Of a DNA stretch of 64,000 nucleotides, positions 1-13,585 are shown one piece after another. The position numbers and the translations under genes were made by a program. The notes beneath the pieces are model-generated. The model was not told the origin of the DNA and made no database searches. It saw only the letters and a list, made by a program, of their open reading frames with translations. Every line of letters begins with the position of its first letter. The first letter of the stretch is position 1. The stretch lies in the NCBI RefSeq assembly GCF_009914755.1, contig NC_060929.1; one strand, written 5' to 3'. Source of the stretch: the human T2T-CHM13v2.0 reference genome, Homo sapiens.

Positions 1-283
1 ACAAGCATAGAGGAAAGAGGATGTGAAGACATGCAGGAGAAGATGGCCAAAAGGCTTGAGTGGTGATGTGTGTACAAGCTGAGAATGCCAAGGATTGCTG
101 GCAACCACCTGCAGCTAACGAGGTGAGGAAGAAGACTCCCCTAGAGCCTTAGGGAAGAATATGGCCCTGCCAACACTTGATTTTAGATTTCAGGCCTCCA
201 GAACTGTGAGGTCATCCATTTCTGTTGTGTTAAGCCACCTAGCTTTTGTTTCTCTGTTATAGCAGGTCTAAGAAACTAATACA
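1..283 (+). mobile_element. MaLR LTR 3' part (MLT1B/C-like)
   Basis: ggccctgccaacacttgattttagatttcaggcctccagaactgtgag...ttaagccacc...gaaactaataca MLT1 terminus. Confidence 0.8.
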
Positions 284-1810
284 CATGCGTAGAACAGAAG
301 TATCACAACCCAGTCCTTTTTTTATCTTCTAAGTTTTTTTAAAAGTTCTCTCCTAAATAAACAAAAATACATAAGTAATCTTTAAAACTTACATAGGTTA
401 AGTTTCTAGTGCTGTACTGATTGGTTCAATTGTTAAGAATATTGACTATAAGGTCAGTTCTGTCTTTGACATAGAGTTTTGAATAAGGAGTTTGATGGAA
501 AATATCTGTAGATTAAGGTTCTTTTTCAAGACTGTGATGGTAGCTGACATTTTTGCAGCTTTAAATATATACTGAGTCACATCCTTAGTAAAGAAGGAAG
601 GTAATCGTCAAACATTTTAAAATACCCCATTGTTATAAGATTTTGAAATACCATTATCACAGCATTTCAGTAATGAACTCTCACAGCCTTCAGCTCTGCC
701 CACTGTTGAAGAGAAGTAATCAGTCTAGATGCATACTTCCCTTATGGAGCTTTTAGGGGCATAATATCCATCCAGTTAGTCATTTGGACAGGCTTGATAA
801 ACTAAGCCCACAGTCAACCTGCCATTAAAAGCAGAGTGAGTTAGATTTGTGGCATCCTCAGTATTAATTAAACATTGATGGTGGGCGTCACTGTTCAGAA
901 GAAGGGGGCATCTTTACCTAATGTGCGTGCAAATCTCAACAGTCTTAGAGCTGAAAGGGCCCTTAGAGATCATCTATTCATCTGGTCTAATCCTGTTGGA
1001 ATGGTGAATCTCATATTAGAACTGCGGGTAAGAGAGTAGGTGAAGAAGGAGCCTGGCATTAGAGGGGAGACTATTAAAATAATACCTGGCAGGAATTGAT
1101 GTGGATGGAGAGTATAGACAGAAGATGTTCAGTGTCGAGCAAAAGAAATAGCAAGTGGAGATGGGCCTGGAAGGTTTGAATTCAGTTGGAGGAAATCAAG
1201 CAAACACCCAGGAGAAAGGCAAGTTGGGGATGATGAGTTCACACCTATCTCCTGCAGGGGACTTTCTCTGAGCTGACCTTGTATTTTTACCAGCTTCCAA
1301 TCTTGGGTGGGGTGCTGACCAGTGGAGTGGGAGAGGAAGACTTGGCAGAAAATCTTCACTAGTGACCCAAGTCAACCTTGCCAGCGTTGGGCTCAGATGT
1401 CAACTTTAAGCATCCCTTGAGGCATAAACTTAGGCAGAATTTGATCATTTACAAACACCTGTCATTTGAACAGGTTTTGGGAAGGAGGCCATAAATGTTA
1501 ACACCTTTCTCTGCTCTCCCAACTGAAACTCTAAAATGCCAAAGAATATTTTCAGGAAAACATAGTGTGCTTACTCCAAATGGCACAGACAAAAGCCATA
1601 CTTCACGTCTCCTTCCCTGATGGGGCCGGGCCTCAGATATCCAAATGTAGCTGAGATGTAACAGAAGAGTTTTAAGGCCCCTCAGTGGCCCTGCTCTAAT
1701 GAGAGCCAGAAGTTCCCAATGCTGCCACCTCAAGATATTATTACAGTACTGAAATGACATCCAAAACACGAACAAAAAGAAAACTGAAATTCTGCCCTCT
1801 TGTTTCTCCT

Positions 1811-2106
1811 CACTTTTTTGGGGGGCGGGGGGCAGGTCTTGCTCTGTTAGACTGGGGTGCACTGGCACTATCATGGCTCACTGCAGCATCGAGCTCCCCA
1901 GTCTCCAGTGATCCTCCTGCCTTGGCCTCCCATGTAGCTGGACCTACAGGCACACCCCACCACACCTGACTAATTTTTGTAATTTTTGTAGAGACAGGGT
2001 TTCGCCATGTTACCCAGGCTGGTCTCAAACTCCTGGGTTCAAGTGATCCACCCGTCTTAGCCTCCAAAAGTGTTGGGACTGCAGGCGTGAGCCACTGCGC
2101 CCGGCC
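1811..2106 (-). mobile_element. AluJ-like SINE
   Basis: Antisense Alu ending gagccactgcgcccggcc; short TSD tttctcct at 1803-1810 and 2108-2115. Confidence 0.92.
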
Positions 2107-2124
2107 ATTTCTCCTTTCTAATGC

Positions 2125-2212
2125 CATGTCCTGGGTGCTGAACAGGATAGTCCCCTACAACACAGAATTATCTGACCTACATTTCCATAGTGCTGAGATG
2201 AAGAAACTCTGA
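2125..2212. mobile_element. MER20 fragment (hAT-Charlie)
   Basis: caggatagtcccctacaacacagaattatctgacc...atagtgctgagatgaagaaactctg resembles the MER20 terminus. Confidence 0.65.
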
Positions 2213-2362
2213 GAAGGAGAAAAAGAGGATAGTAATTTAGAACAAATCTTACAGCCATAATACAGGAGTAGCCTTATGTCACCATGGGTAGGTAGAATCT
2301 CTTCCAAACAAAGAGGCATAAACCCAGGAATATTTTCTTCTGAAGATCTCCTGAATACTACC

Positions 2363-2807
2363 TGAATTGGGTTGAATGGTGGCCTCCCAAAACATATATC
2401 TATTTGGAACCTGTAATGGTAACCTTATTTGGAGAAAGGATCTTAGCAAATGTAATTAAGAATCCCAAGATGACATCATCCTGGATAATCCTGGTGAATC
2501 CTAAATCCAGTTGCAAGTATCCTTATAAAAGAAAGTTCAGGGCTATATTAGACACATAGGCACACAAAGGAAGCCATGTGAAGATGGAGGCAGAGATTGG
2601 AGTTTGAAATCAAAGAACACCTGGAGCCACTAGAACTGGAAAAGGCGATGAAGCTTTCTCCCCTAGAGTCTTCAAAGGGAGTGGAGCCCTGCTGATATCT
2701 CAGTTTCTGACTTCCAGGCTCCAGCACTGCAAAAGGATAGATTTTAGTTGTTTTTAAGCCACCAAATTTGTGGTAATTTGTTATTGCATCCCTAGAAAGC
2801 TAATACA
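2363..2807 (+). mobile_element. MaLR solo LTR (MLT1B/C-like)
   Basis: gggttgaatggtggcctcccaaaa...ccttatttggagaaagg...gccatgtgaagatggaggcagagattggag...gctaataca. Confidence 0.85.
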
Positions 2808-3169
2808 CTACTAAACAGATAATATGTTCAGACAACTTATATTCTCTCTAATGGCCAGAACTGACTGGTTTAAATGTGACTTCAGAAAAACTTTGACAAC
2901 TATATTAACAAGCTAAGTGTTTCTCATGAGTTACATGAGCTAAATGACTTCCTTCACCAAAGGTAATGTTTAGTATTTTAAACAGAAGAAAGTCACACTT
3001 GGTATTTGTATCACAGACAACTCTCTAAAGACAGCCTCTTATCTCAGAGTTGATAAATTTTAGGCAGCGAATTCATAAGCATCAGGTGTCTCAAAATGTG
3101 CAACGTCATTGAAATCTGTTTCGAGAAGTTTTAATGTGAGCAGCAGACAGGAGTAAAATCGTATTACGC

Positions 3170-3500
3170 AAGCCCTTCAGGCTCTCTGGCAAGTGATAAA
3201 AACTCAATGCCAACTAGGTTACGCCAAAAACAAAAGCACAGATTCAAGCATAAACTCAGGGAGTCAAAGTATGCTGTAAGAATTCCATGGTTCTTACTCC
3301 TAGTTACAATGGCCTCTGTTGGGCCTTCTTCTTGGAAAGACTCCATATGGTGACAAGATGGCTGCAAGTAGCCTGCACTTGACGTCACTCTTTGAGCTCA
3401 TGATTGCAAAGAAGAAATTGGTCTTGCAGCTCTCAGGCACAGTGCAATGTCATTAAAGGCCACTGATTAAGGGCACTTGGGTCATTTACAGCACTCAGGA
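3170..3500 (-). mobile_element. Old MaLR LTR fragment (MLT1J/K-like)
   Basis: gcaagtgataaaaactcaatgccaactaggtt...atggtgacaagatggctgcaagtagc. Confidence 0.45.
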
Positions 3501-3574
3501 CCCAGAGGATATTATTCTCTTGTTGGGCTTCCTGGGAGACCTGCCCACCTGCAATATATGAGAAAGAGGAGCCA

Positions 3575-4060
3575 TGCATATTAGCTTCCTGTGGCTGCTG
3601 TAACAAATGGCCAGCAATTTGGTGGCTTAAATCAATATGACTTTATTCTCTCACAGTTCTGGAGAGAAGTCAGAAATCAGTATCAATGGGCCAAACTCAA
3701 GGTGGTAGCAGAGCTATGCTCCCCTAGGAGGGCCTAGGGGAGAATCCATCGCCCCTTGCAGCTCTGAGTGGCTGCCAGCTTTCCTTAGCTGTAGTTGCAT
3801 CACTCTAATTTTCAAAGCCCATCTCTTCAAATCTCTCTCAAATCCATCTTCACATGGCTTGCTCCTCTGTGTGTGTGTAATCTTCTTCTGCATCTCTCTT
3901 CTAAAAACACATGTGATTGTATCTAAGAGGCACCCAGATAATCCAGAAAAATCTTCCCATTTCAAGATCCTTAATATAATCACATCTTTGCCATGTAAGG
4001 TCACATTTAGAAGTTTCAGGAATTAGATATCTTTTGGAGGGCCATTTTTCAGCCTACTGC
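3575..4060 (-). mobile_element. MaLR solo LTR (MLT1D-like)
   Basis: tattagcttcctgtggctgctgtaacaaat...ctttattctctcacagttctggag...gggccatttttcagcctac. Confidence 0.85.
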
Positions 4061-4848
4061 ATGATATCACTGACAATACTGCTCAAGTCACAGGGAGTAG
4101 AGTCCTGGCAATCCCAGAAAAATAAATAAGGCACTGACAGATGCACCTTACAGGCTAACGCATGGATCATCTCTCAGCTGTCTGCTAAATACAATGACGT
4201 CATTACAGAACTGAGTCATCACATAAGCCAAACTCAATCTCATACTTGCTTTACATTTATGGTGGGGCTAAACAACAGATAGTGGTAGAAACAGCACATT
4301 TCATTTCATGCTCTCATTCATGTGTTCATTATGCTCATGAACCTGGATAATTCACAGCTGTTTCTCAGTGCAAATATGCAATGTTCATCAAGGCATGAAC
4401 ACAGAGCACAAGCACCTAAGATGCTATAATATCGATATTGAACACATCTAGACAAAGATAAACCTTTAGAAATTGACATAGAACCACCTACTGTCACATG
4501 CTAGCAGAGTAGGGAACTCTGCTGACGGTGAGAAAGAAGATACATATCCATTAGTTCAACGTGTTTTCCCTGACTCATCTTAGGCTCTAAACAGCAGGAA
4601 GAAAAAGAGGCCGCTTGACAAATACTAATTATAATGTAGATAGAAATTTCAAAGCCAGATTTTTTAATTTTGCCTGTTTTCTTTATGAATCAATCTAAAT
4701 TTATTAGCCTTTGCTAGTGCTATAAGTCATGCATATATATGACAGACAATTTGGGAAATTATGGTAAAGTATAAAATGAAAAATCCAAACCACTCACCAC
4801 ATGGAAACAACCACTTGCTAATTTACTTATTTCAAATAGTAAATTTAA

Positions 4849-5162
<314 letters not shown>

Positions 5163-5334
5163 AACTTGAATATATTTTAAAAAGAACTTGAGGATAGATT
5201 CAAAGAATGCCTGAACTTCATATTTCTTCACCATAAATATCAACTCCTAAAAACTTCCCAAAAGATACCATTAATTTTTTTTAAGTTTACACACATAGAT
5301 ACATGTTTCTTTGTAGCATACATTTATGTTTCTA

Positions 5335-5525
5335 GGAGGTATAATATATTATAAAATAGCTGGAAGAGAGACTTTTGAATGTTCTCACCATAAAGAAATG
5401 ATAAATGAATGAGGTGATGAATAAGCTAAATACCCAAATTTGATGATTATGCCAAATATATATGTACAGAAGCATCAATTTTATCCCATCAATATGTACA
5501 AATACAATGTGCCAATAAATATTTT
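5335..5525 (+). mobile_element. L1MA-type 3' end fragment
   Basis: aaaatagctggaagagagacttttgaatgttctcaccataaagaaatgataaatg...aatatgtacaaatacaatgtgccaataaa. Confidence 0.8.
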
Positions 5526-7454
5526 TAAAGGAATACATTAAAAATCACTTAATCAGAATCCAAAGAAACAAAAGACAATCCTTGAAAACTATAAGTTTAA
5601 CAAATCCTATATAAAATATTTTAAAAATAACATATTTTGAAATTTGAGCTTGCTTTTAGCATTACCCTCAAAGACATACAGAAGGGAAACAATGAGCATT
5701 TCTCCAGCAAAATATTCCCTTTTGTAAAAGATAGATCACTTGTTGAAGAAAAACAAAATAGACATGGAAAATTGATTTTATCATGAACTATAATAAAGCC
5801 TGAGAAATTACACACAAATAGACTGTGGTGTTTATGTTCCACCAAAATTTGTTGTTTTCATTTCTTAGACTCAACTACTCAAAATAACCCTATTTGTTTT
5901 ATAATTGGAGCAGTTTTCTTGGATGCCTGTTTTCTCTTGTATACCTATTTATCTTTGTTGTCTATATAATTTCCAATAGTATTTCCATTTTTCTTAGTGA
6001 TAAAAATAATCTTCATATAATTAACACTTTCTCTTTGTTAAACTTGTGATTTGTGTAAAAAAATCTACTTTTCTCATAAAGTCATTTTTATAGAATCTTC
6101 TAATTTGTTCCTTAATAATTTTCGATGAACTATGTCTATGAAAGAACATATCCTTATTTTTTGTGAATTCTTTATCGATCTGATTTGTCCTTTTCATGTC
6201 AGTCTTTTCATACTTTATGAATATAATATCATCTTTATATTATTTTTAAAGTTAAACATACACTCAATTCATAAAGAAATCTGCAAGATCTAAAATAAAA
6301 TAATAAAGAAAGCCCTCTATGTCATACAGCCTATATAGTTTGCTTAAAGCAAAAACTTTCAACTCTTTAACTGGTTTATTTATGTATTTTTCTCCAAATT
6401 TGTAACTAATAATATTTTACTGCTGTTTCTTGATATTTTCAGTTAGAAATATTATTCACTGGCTCCTTTTTACTTTATCCCTCTTCCTCCATCAACATAG
6501 ATGCATGCTCCCTCCCCCACTTTCTCAGTATTGATTTATGATGATTCTGTAGGAATATGCAGTACCTACATAACTATGCAAATACTCTTCACAGATGGGC
6601 CATGAAATAAGATTTTACTACATCTTGTTTCTCAAAACAATTATACGTTTCTTAGAGTTAATAATTGTCTCTTGTTTTTCTATGTAGTTATTATCTTTTT
6701 GTCCCCCACACCGAAATGTAAGTCTCCTTTTTGTCTAAATGCATTCAAACACCTCAGATATCCCATTATTGATATCCTCCTGGAAAGATGCCTTCGGTAA
6801 CTGTATCATCTACTCCAACCTGGACTGGTGGCTCCCAAGGCCCGCCGCACAACAGTTCCACAATTATCTCCCTTTGCCCTCATCCCAGGAATATTTTTCT
6901 CCCTCTCGCCTGTATTGGAGCCTCTATTTCCTGGGCCTAGTGTGTTAACCATTCATATATTTCCCTTGATTTTTCATCTCTTAGTCTTTATTCAACTTTC
7001 TGGGAAATTTTTATCAAATTTATTTACTAATTTTCCATGGATATTTTTATTTCTATGATCATATATTTTCAAAATAATCTATGAAGCCTTTTGAAATACA
7101 CTGAATATTTCTTTTCTCCTTGTTTCATGGTAGTAATATCTTCTCTAATTTCAGAAGACATTCATCATAATTTCTTGTCTCTCTGTCTTCCAAGTTTCTT
7201 ATTTAATTTGGTTCACTCTGTGTTTTTCGTAACTGGGAACTGCAAGAACATTAGAGCTGGGCACCCACATTGCTTTGTAGACCAGCCATCATTGCTTAAT
7301 CTGGGTGGGATTTTTTTGTATTAGAGTGACCACCGATGTCACTATCCTTAAGGTTCTAGTTGTAAGCTGATTAGATACCAACAAAAGTGTACGTCAAAAC
7401 CCATATAAAATATATGCAAAGAGAAACACCAACACCGGGGAGAAGGGCTAGGAT

Positions 7455-7566
7455 CTCAATATACAGTATATATACTGTGTGTGTGTGCGTATATATATAT
7501 ATATATATATTTACACGCACACACACACACACACATATATACACATACATACATATACATATATAC
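7455..7566. repeat. Compound (TA)/(TG)/(CA) microsatellite
   Basis: Directly visible; source of the ORFs at 7387-7816. Confidence 0.9.
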
Positions 7567-7744
7567 TGAATTCTCCCCTTCTTTTTTAAGGGAAGTTCTC
7601 AGGGGAAATCTTGGTCCCCTGGTCCAATATATCAGCAGCTTTGTCATCTTCCAGAATTGCACTACTGTCTTCTTCCAGCATGGCAGAGGAACAACTGTGT
7701 TGAGACACAAAGTGAGCGAGCAGGAAGATCTGGGTTCTAACTGC

Positions 7745-8410
7745 TTCTTCCATTGTCTCCTGAGTTTGTGGTTTCTCTTGAAAAACTGGCTGTGGATCTT
7801 ATTTTTACTCCTCTGAAGGTTATGTCTTTTTCTGTTACTTGATTATTTTTAAGACTTATCCCTTTTCCACGAGTTTTCAGAAGTCTGACTATAACGTGCT
7901 GGTGTGGTTATCTATTGTATTTGAGGTTTGCAGAGCTTCTTAGTCTGTGAGTTGATACCTTTCATCACTTTGGAAAAGTTTCAGTGATAATTACCAGGCA
8001 CATAGCTTCTGCCTTGTCCTCTTCCTTCTCCTTTTGAGACTCAAGTTGTATGTGAGTTAGAGTTTTCAAGGTGTCATGTGTGTCTAATACTCTTTTATCT
8101 ACCCTTTCCAATTCCTCTCTGTATTTCAGTTTGAATATTTTCCACAGACTGGTCTTCCAGTTCACTAATACAATATTTTTTTTCTGCTATGTCTAATCTG
8201 CTGTTAAAATAATTCATATAGTTCCATATGTCAGATATTGTTTTTAAAAAATTATAGAAAATTTATTTGATTCTTTTTTATTCTAATGTTCTGGTAAAAT
8301 TCTCCACTCTTTAATTAATCTGTCTAAATTATCCTCTACTTTCTTCCTTATATTAATCATAATTATTTAAAGTCACCTTCTGCTAACTTTACTAACTGTA
8401 TCATCTGTCA
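7745..8410 (-). mobile_element. Ancient L1M fragment (ORF1 region)
   Basis: T-rich antisense L1 texture; the minus-strand ORF 7965-8165 ends ...EAMCLVIITETFPK, resembling the L1 ORF1p IIxENFP motif. Confidence 0.65.
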
Positions 8411-9934
8411 CTTTCATCAGCCAAGAGCAACTCTCCAGAGGAAGGGGCAGCTATGAACCAGTATCAAACAACCCTCACAATAGCCAGGGATAGGGTGCCC
8501 TGTTCTATAAGGAGAGCTGGGTAGGGTGTCTCTTGTGTTCATAGAGATTTTCCTTTGATGTACCTTTATTGTCACTTAAATGCTTTATTTTAAATCAATG
8601 AAAGAACAGTACATAGGTTCCCTTCATCTTGAATCAGAAACTAATGGCTATGGTTTAAAATTGCATTTGATTTTGATGCTCCTTTATTCAAATGGTGCTT
8701 GGCAATTCTTAGGCAATGAATTGCATGAGGTCTTCGGACTCCAGATATTACCAAAATTACATGTATAGTCATGCCTAATTTCGTATAAAGCAGCCTATTC
8801 TTAGTAGGGAATTTCTGCATGGGCAACTTGCCTCTGCGATCTAAGATGCATGTAAATAATAACTGAGTATTGCCAAAAATTGAAAGTAGAATTGAATTTC
8901 AAAAATTAAACTGAGCAACCAACCCATATAAAATCATTGAAGGGATCATGTAGTATCACTTGAAAAAGTGGCAATAGCCCCCACAACAGTAAGAATTGAT
9001 ACAAGCAGATTAAACATTGTGTTCTAATGAAGAAGTATTATATAAACTCTTAAAGGTTAGCTATGAGAGCACAGCAAAAGGATTGTTTGTCAAACATATG
9101 TTAAACAAGGGTGTTGTCCATTGCAGCCCTATCCACAATGACTCTACCCATCTCTGTGACAGTTATCAATAAATTCTGGATGACAAATGGCTTACATGTT
9201 AAAGAGTCAACAAATTAAGGGTTCCAATCCATCCACTCCAGAGAGTGGTCAGCCAATGTGACTTTTTTTTTTTTCATTTATGTTTCTCCTTTGCTTTTTA
9301 TTTTCACTTTGTTCTTAGGTAATTGGGAGACAGCTTACAGAACACATTATCTCTTACTCAAACAAAAAATCATTACTAAAATTTGGAGCAATGAGTTTTC
9401 CTGGTATGTTGGCTTATTTATTTTTGTTAGCATTTTGGAAGGGACATACAGATAAGGGAAATGAACACAGGGCAGAGAATTCTGAGCATGCCCATCACTC
9501 AGCAGTCATGGCACTTATGGGGGCCATTTTTGACATAGAAGGAGAAATGCATTTTAGATAAATGAAATGAACTCCTCCATTTATCTAGCAGCTTGTGATT
9601 GTCAGACAGTGTTTGCTATTGGATTACATAAATTGCCTGACTTCGTTTCATGAAACTAAATGATATACATGACTAACAAATATATTCATGATCTTCAATT
9701 TAGTTTTTGAGGCCACAAGCAAAGCAACAATTTAGAAATGGATAAAGAGAGTTATTAGAAATTAAGATATGCACAACACAAAAGAATGAATTCAATAATA
9801 AAGTATGTACTTTTTTGTCAAAGACATAAAAACACTTCATTTCAGTGGCAGAGACTAGTGTCTGTTCGGTCAGAGTCAGGAACATCAAGAAAACTCTAAG
9901 TAAGATACCTAAAAGTATTGAGTATTATCAATCA

Positions 9935-10368
9935 TAGTGGGTGCTATCGGCACCCCATCCAGCTCTTATGAAACAGGACACTGTATCCCTGGCTGCTGTC
10001 ACTGTTAGCTGATCCTGGTTCATAGCTTCCCAACTCTCTGGAGAATTGCTCCTGGTTAATGAGAGCCACCTCACCAGGAAGTTATGTCACCAAACACTCC
10101 AAATTTGGCAGCCGAAGAACAAGGGAGAGTTGGTTATAAATCGCCACAGCCCTTGCCTCAAATGGGATTAACAGCGGTTCTATATATGCTCTAGAGCTGC
10201 ATCTGGGATCGGGTTGAGGCTATACTCCAGCTGACAGGAAATTTTTGCCTACTTCCTTTCTTTGCTATGTCACACACTCCCTACCTTTTGAGAGCATGCC
10301 TTAAGTAAATCACATGCTTGAGAACCCCTATCTCAGACTGTGTTTCCAGGGTACCAAACCTAAAACCC
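9935..10368 (+). mobile_element. ERVL LTR (LTR16-like)
   Basis: End motif taaatcacatgcttgagaacccctatctcagactgtgtttccagggtaccaaacctaaaac. Confidence 0.65.
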
Positions 10369-10477
10369 ATATTTGAATTTCAATTAAAAATTAACGGTTA
10401 TATTCACTGTAAGCCAGATGTCAACTATAGGTCGTATGCTGGCCAGTACAAATGAGTACAATAAAGCAGCAATTGTC

Positions 10478-10700
10478 CTCTGGAGCCCTACACACCCAGG
10501 TCCAAATCCTAGCTCTACCACCTATCAGATGGCTGATCTTGGCTAAATCACATAAACTTGTAGACCTCAACTCCTCTGCTGTTGAATATTGAAAATAATA
10601 CCCCCACTTTAGTGCTGCTGGAGAACTCGATGAGATGATGCTTGCAAAGTGCCAAGAACAGAGTAAGGGCAGGATGAGTGATGCCTGCTATTATTTTTGT
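10478..10700 (+). mobile_element. MIR SINE
   Basis: ctggagcc...ccaggtccaaatcctagctctaccacc...cttggctaaatcacataaac. Confidence 0.7.
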
Positions 10701-11184
10701 TGCTGTCATCATGATTTCATGACAAATTAGGTCATTAAAGTTACATCAAATAAGCATAATGCCAAGTTTCAAATTAGTAGGGAATGTTTTCCTTAAACAG
10801 GAGTTCAGGCATTACTTAAGCAAGACAGAAGAAAGAGTAAGTGGAAGGATGATGCATATTAAAAATTTAATCCTGGCAGAGAATTCAGGGATAAATCCAG
10901 TGTACTCTTCTTCCTGGCTGTCCTCTCCAAAATGTACTATAGAGAAAATTGAGGTAAAGAGAGGTTAAGTGGCTTGCTCAAAGTATTCCTGCTTGTTATT
11001 TACAGAAATGTTAGAATCATGAAGAAATCTGTTGGTACGTAGCAAAAAAATTAGAATGGTATGGCGGGGTGGGATGAGGGTAGAACAGGGAACAGTTAAG
11101 TGTATCCCCAGGGGCCGGTCTTGTTTTCCCTAGCACAGACTAGGAGAAAATGCTAATATCTGTCAATGTCTGAATGCATACAAA

Positions 11185-11530
11185 CCACATATCCCAACCT
11201 GCCTTGTGATTTCTTGAAGTTATGTGACTGAGTTATGGCCAGTGGAATTTGGGCACAAGGGATGCACTTCCTGGCATGGCATGATCCTTTGCATGATCCT
11301 CCACTCGAATTTGTCTTTCTTCCCTACTGCCTCTGGAGGCATGGATAGAAGACGGGATACCATAAGAGAACACTGTGGGATCCTGAATGGCAGCATGGAA
11401 CCAAGCCCCACAGACTGCACTGGACTCACTTGCGAGGGAGGAATAAGTCTTCTGCATGTGAATGTTCAGCTTCTAGGAGGGCGCAGTTGTTTTAATGGCA
11501 GTTAACTTGGTTCATATTCTCTGAAACTAG
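11185..11530 (+). mobile_element. Old MaLR LTR (MLT1I/J-like)
   Basis: tatgtgactgagttatggccagtggaatttgggcacaag...ggatcctgaatggcagcatgga. Confidence 0.6.
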
Positions 11531-11671
11531 TAAAATCTTAGTCCTCATCTACATAAAATATACATAATCAACTATAAATCTTCCAGAACGTTATTTAAAA
11601 AGTAGAGTAAATATGTTTGAATAAATCGGTATATAAAACAGCATCTGACAGAAAATCTTCACCAAGGGAAC

Positions 11672-11730
11672 AGATATAAGAGCCTAGAATCTGAGGAGAA
11701 ATGAGATATAAGAGCCTAGAATCTGAGGAG
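11672..11730. repeat. Exact 27-bp direct duplication, period 32
   Basis: agatataagagcctagaatctgaggag at 11672-11698 and 11704-11730. Confidence 0.95.
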
Positions 11731-11929
11731 GACCGTTGGTAACGCTGTCTCAGGTTACCAACTTCTGGGTCAAGATCAACTGGGGATCATGTAATTATTA
11801 CACAGCGAGTCCAAATAAACACAGCAATCAAACATTGATAAACTAAAAAAAAATACTGAGTCACATTGTGTTCACTCATCAATTCAGGAAATATTCATTG
11901 AGAACTTGCTGAGTACTAGGTACCATAAT

Positions 11930-12190
11930 AGGTGACAAACTTTTTCTTAAAGGAAGAGAGAGTCACATAGTTTATATTTTAGGCTTGGTAGGCCAGGCAG
12001 TCTCTGTGGCTACTGGTCAAGTTAGCTGAACAGCAGCCATAGACGTTATGTTAAAAAAAAATGAACAATATGTCTGGATTCCAAATAAAACTTCATTAAC
12101 TATTATTATAGGCCAACGACATGCAAATGAATGGCTATGTTCCAATAATACCTTTACTATGATCAACATACCTTAGTTGTTAACTCCTGA
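11930..12190. mobile_element. MER58-like hAT MITE
   Basis: ggtgacaaactttttcttaaagg...tattttaggcttggtaggcca...cagcagccatagac. Confidence 0.7.
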
Positions 12191-12594
12191 AAGATTTTAA
12201 TAAAAATAATCTTTAAAATCCACTTCTATGACAATAAGAACATATGACAAAGATAGGCAAAAAAATAAATGAGCTCAGAATCATGATTTTTGAGAGCTGT
12301 GGGGGAGACCAGTCTCTCCTTGCCCAATAAATATAAAACATAATTTAAAAAATTAATCATTGTGAATATCTCATTGGAATAGTTATTCTAAATTATTAAT
12401 TAATATATCATGCTTTAAATTATACAGAAGAATTCCAACAGAGGGTAGTTATATTATAGTGTTATGACCCATTAGAGAGGGTATTATAAATTGCCTCAAT
12501 TTATTTTTAAATTTAATTTCATATTAATAAAAGGAAGTAATTTAAACACAAGAATCCCAGCAGCTTCTTTAGAACTGGCAACTAAAGATTCATA

Positions 12595-12770
12595 GTTTGC
12601 ATATATACATATATATATATATATATATGAACACACATATGTATATGTGTATATATATACACACAATATATATATTGCATATATAATATATATATACATG
12701 AACACACATATGAATCTTTAGTGTTTAGATTTCTTCATATGTGGAGACATATATATTCAACATATATACA
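12595..12770. repeat. TA-rich microsatellite / low complexity
   Basis: Directly visible. Confidence 0.9.
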
Positions 12771-12902
12771 TAGAAATCTAAACCGAAAAATTCCCTAAGC
12801 ACATCAAAGATCTTATATGTTCAATCAAGTAATCTTAATATCACAGATTAGAAAATGGCTTCTTTAAAACATGTGGAAACTGAGGCAACAATCAAGGAAC
12901 AT

Positions 12903-13125
12903 AGGGTTTCTCAACGTTGGCACTGTTAGCATTCAGAGTCAGGTAAATTTCGCTCAACGGGGGGGGTCCTGCTCTGTGCATTGTAGAAGGTTTGGTACCA
13001 CCCCTGGTCTCTACACGCTAGATGCCAGTCAAAGCTTCCCCCACCAGTTGTGACAACTAATAATGTCCCCAGATATTGCCAAATATTCCCAGAAGGTGAA
13101 ATTGTCGGGAGTTGAGAACTTCTAG
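12903..13125. mobile_element. MER20 (hAT-Charlie), near full length
   Basis: agggtttctcaacgttggcact...cagttgtgacaactaataatgtccccagatattgccaaat...gttgagaacttctag. Confidence 0.88.
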
Positions 13126-13190
13126 TCTAAAAATTGACTCACGTTGAAACTCAATCCCCCCAACCCAGATATACAGGAAAGAAGTTAATA

Positions 13191-13585
13191 ATGTGGCACA
13201 TATACACCATGGAATACTATGCAGCCATAAAAATGATGAGTTTATGTCCTTTGTAGGGACATGGATGAAATTGGAAATCATCATTCCCAGTAAACTATCG
13301 CAAGGACAAAAAAACAAACACCACATGTTCTCACTCATAGGTGGGAATTGAACAAGGAGAACACATGGACACAGGAAGGGGAACATCACACTCCGGGGAC
13401 TGTTGTGGGGTCGGGGGAGGGGGGAGGGATAACATTAGGAGATATACCTAAAGCTAAATGATGAGTTAATGGGTACAGCACACCAACAAGGCACATGTAT
13501 ACATATGTAACAAACCTGCACATTGTGCCCATGTACCCTAAAACTTAAAGTATAATGATAATAAAATAAAATAAAATAAAAAGAA
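13191..13585 (+). mobile_element. Young 5'-truncated L1PA (L1PA3/4-like) 3' end with poly(A)
   Basis: atgtggcacatatacaccatggaatactatgcagcc...ggggggagggataacattaggag...taaaacttaaagtataat; perfect 14-bp TSD gaaagaagttaata at 13177-13190 and 13586-13599. Confidence 0.96.

Noticed and set aside
13057-13389. 110-aa minus-strand ORF
   Set aside because: Antisense reading of the L1PA 3' end and MER20.
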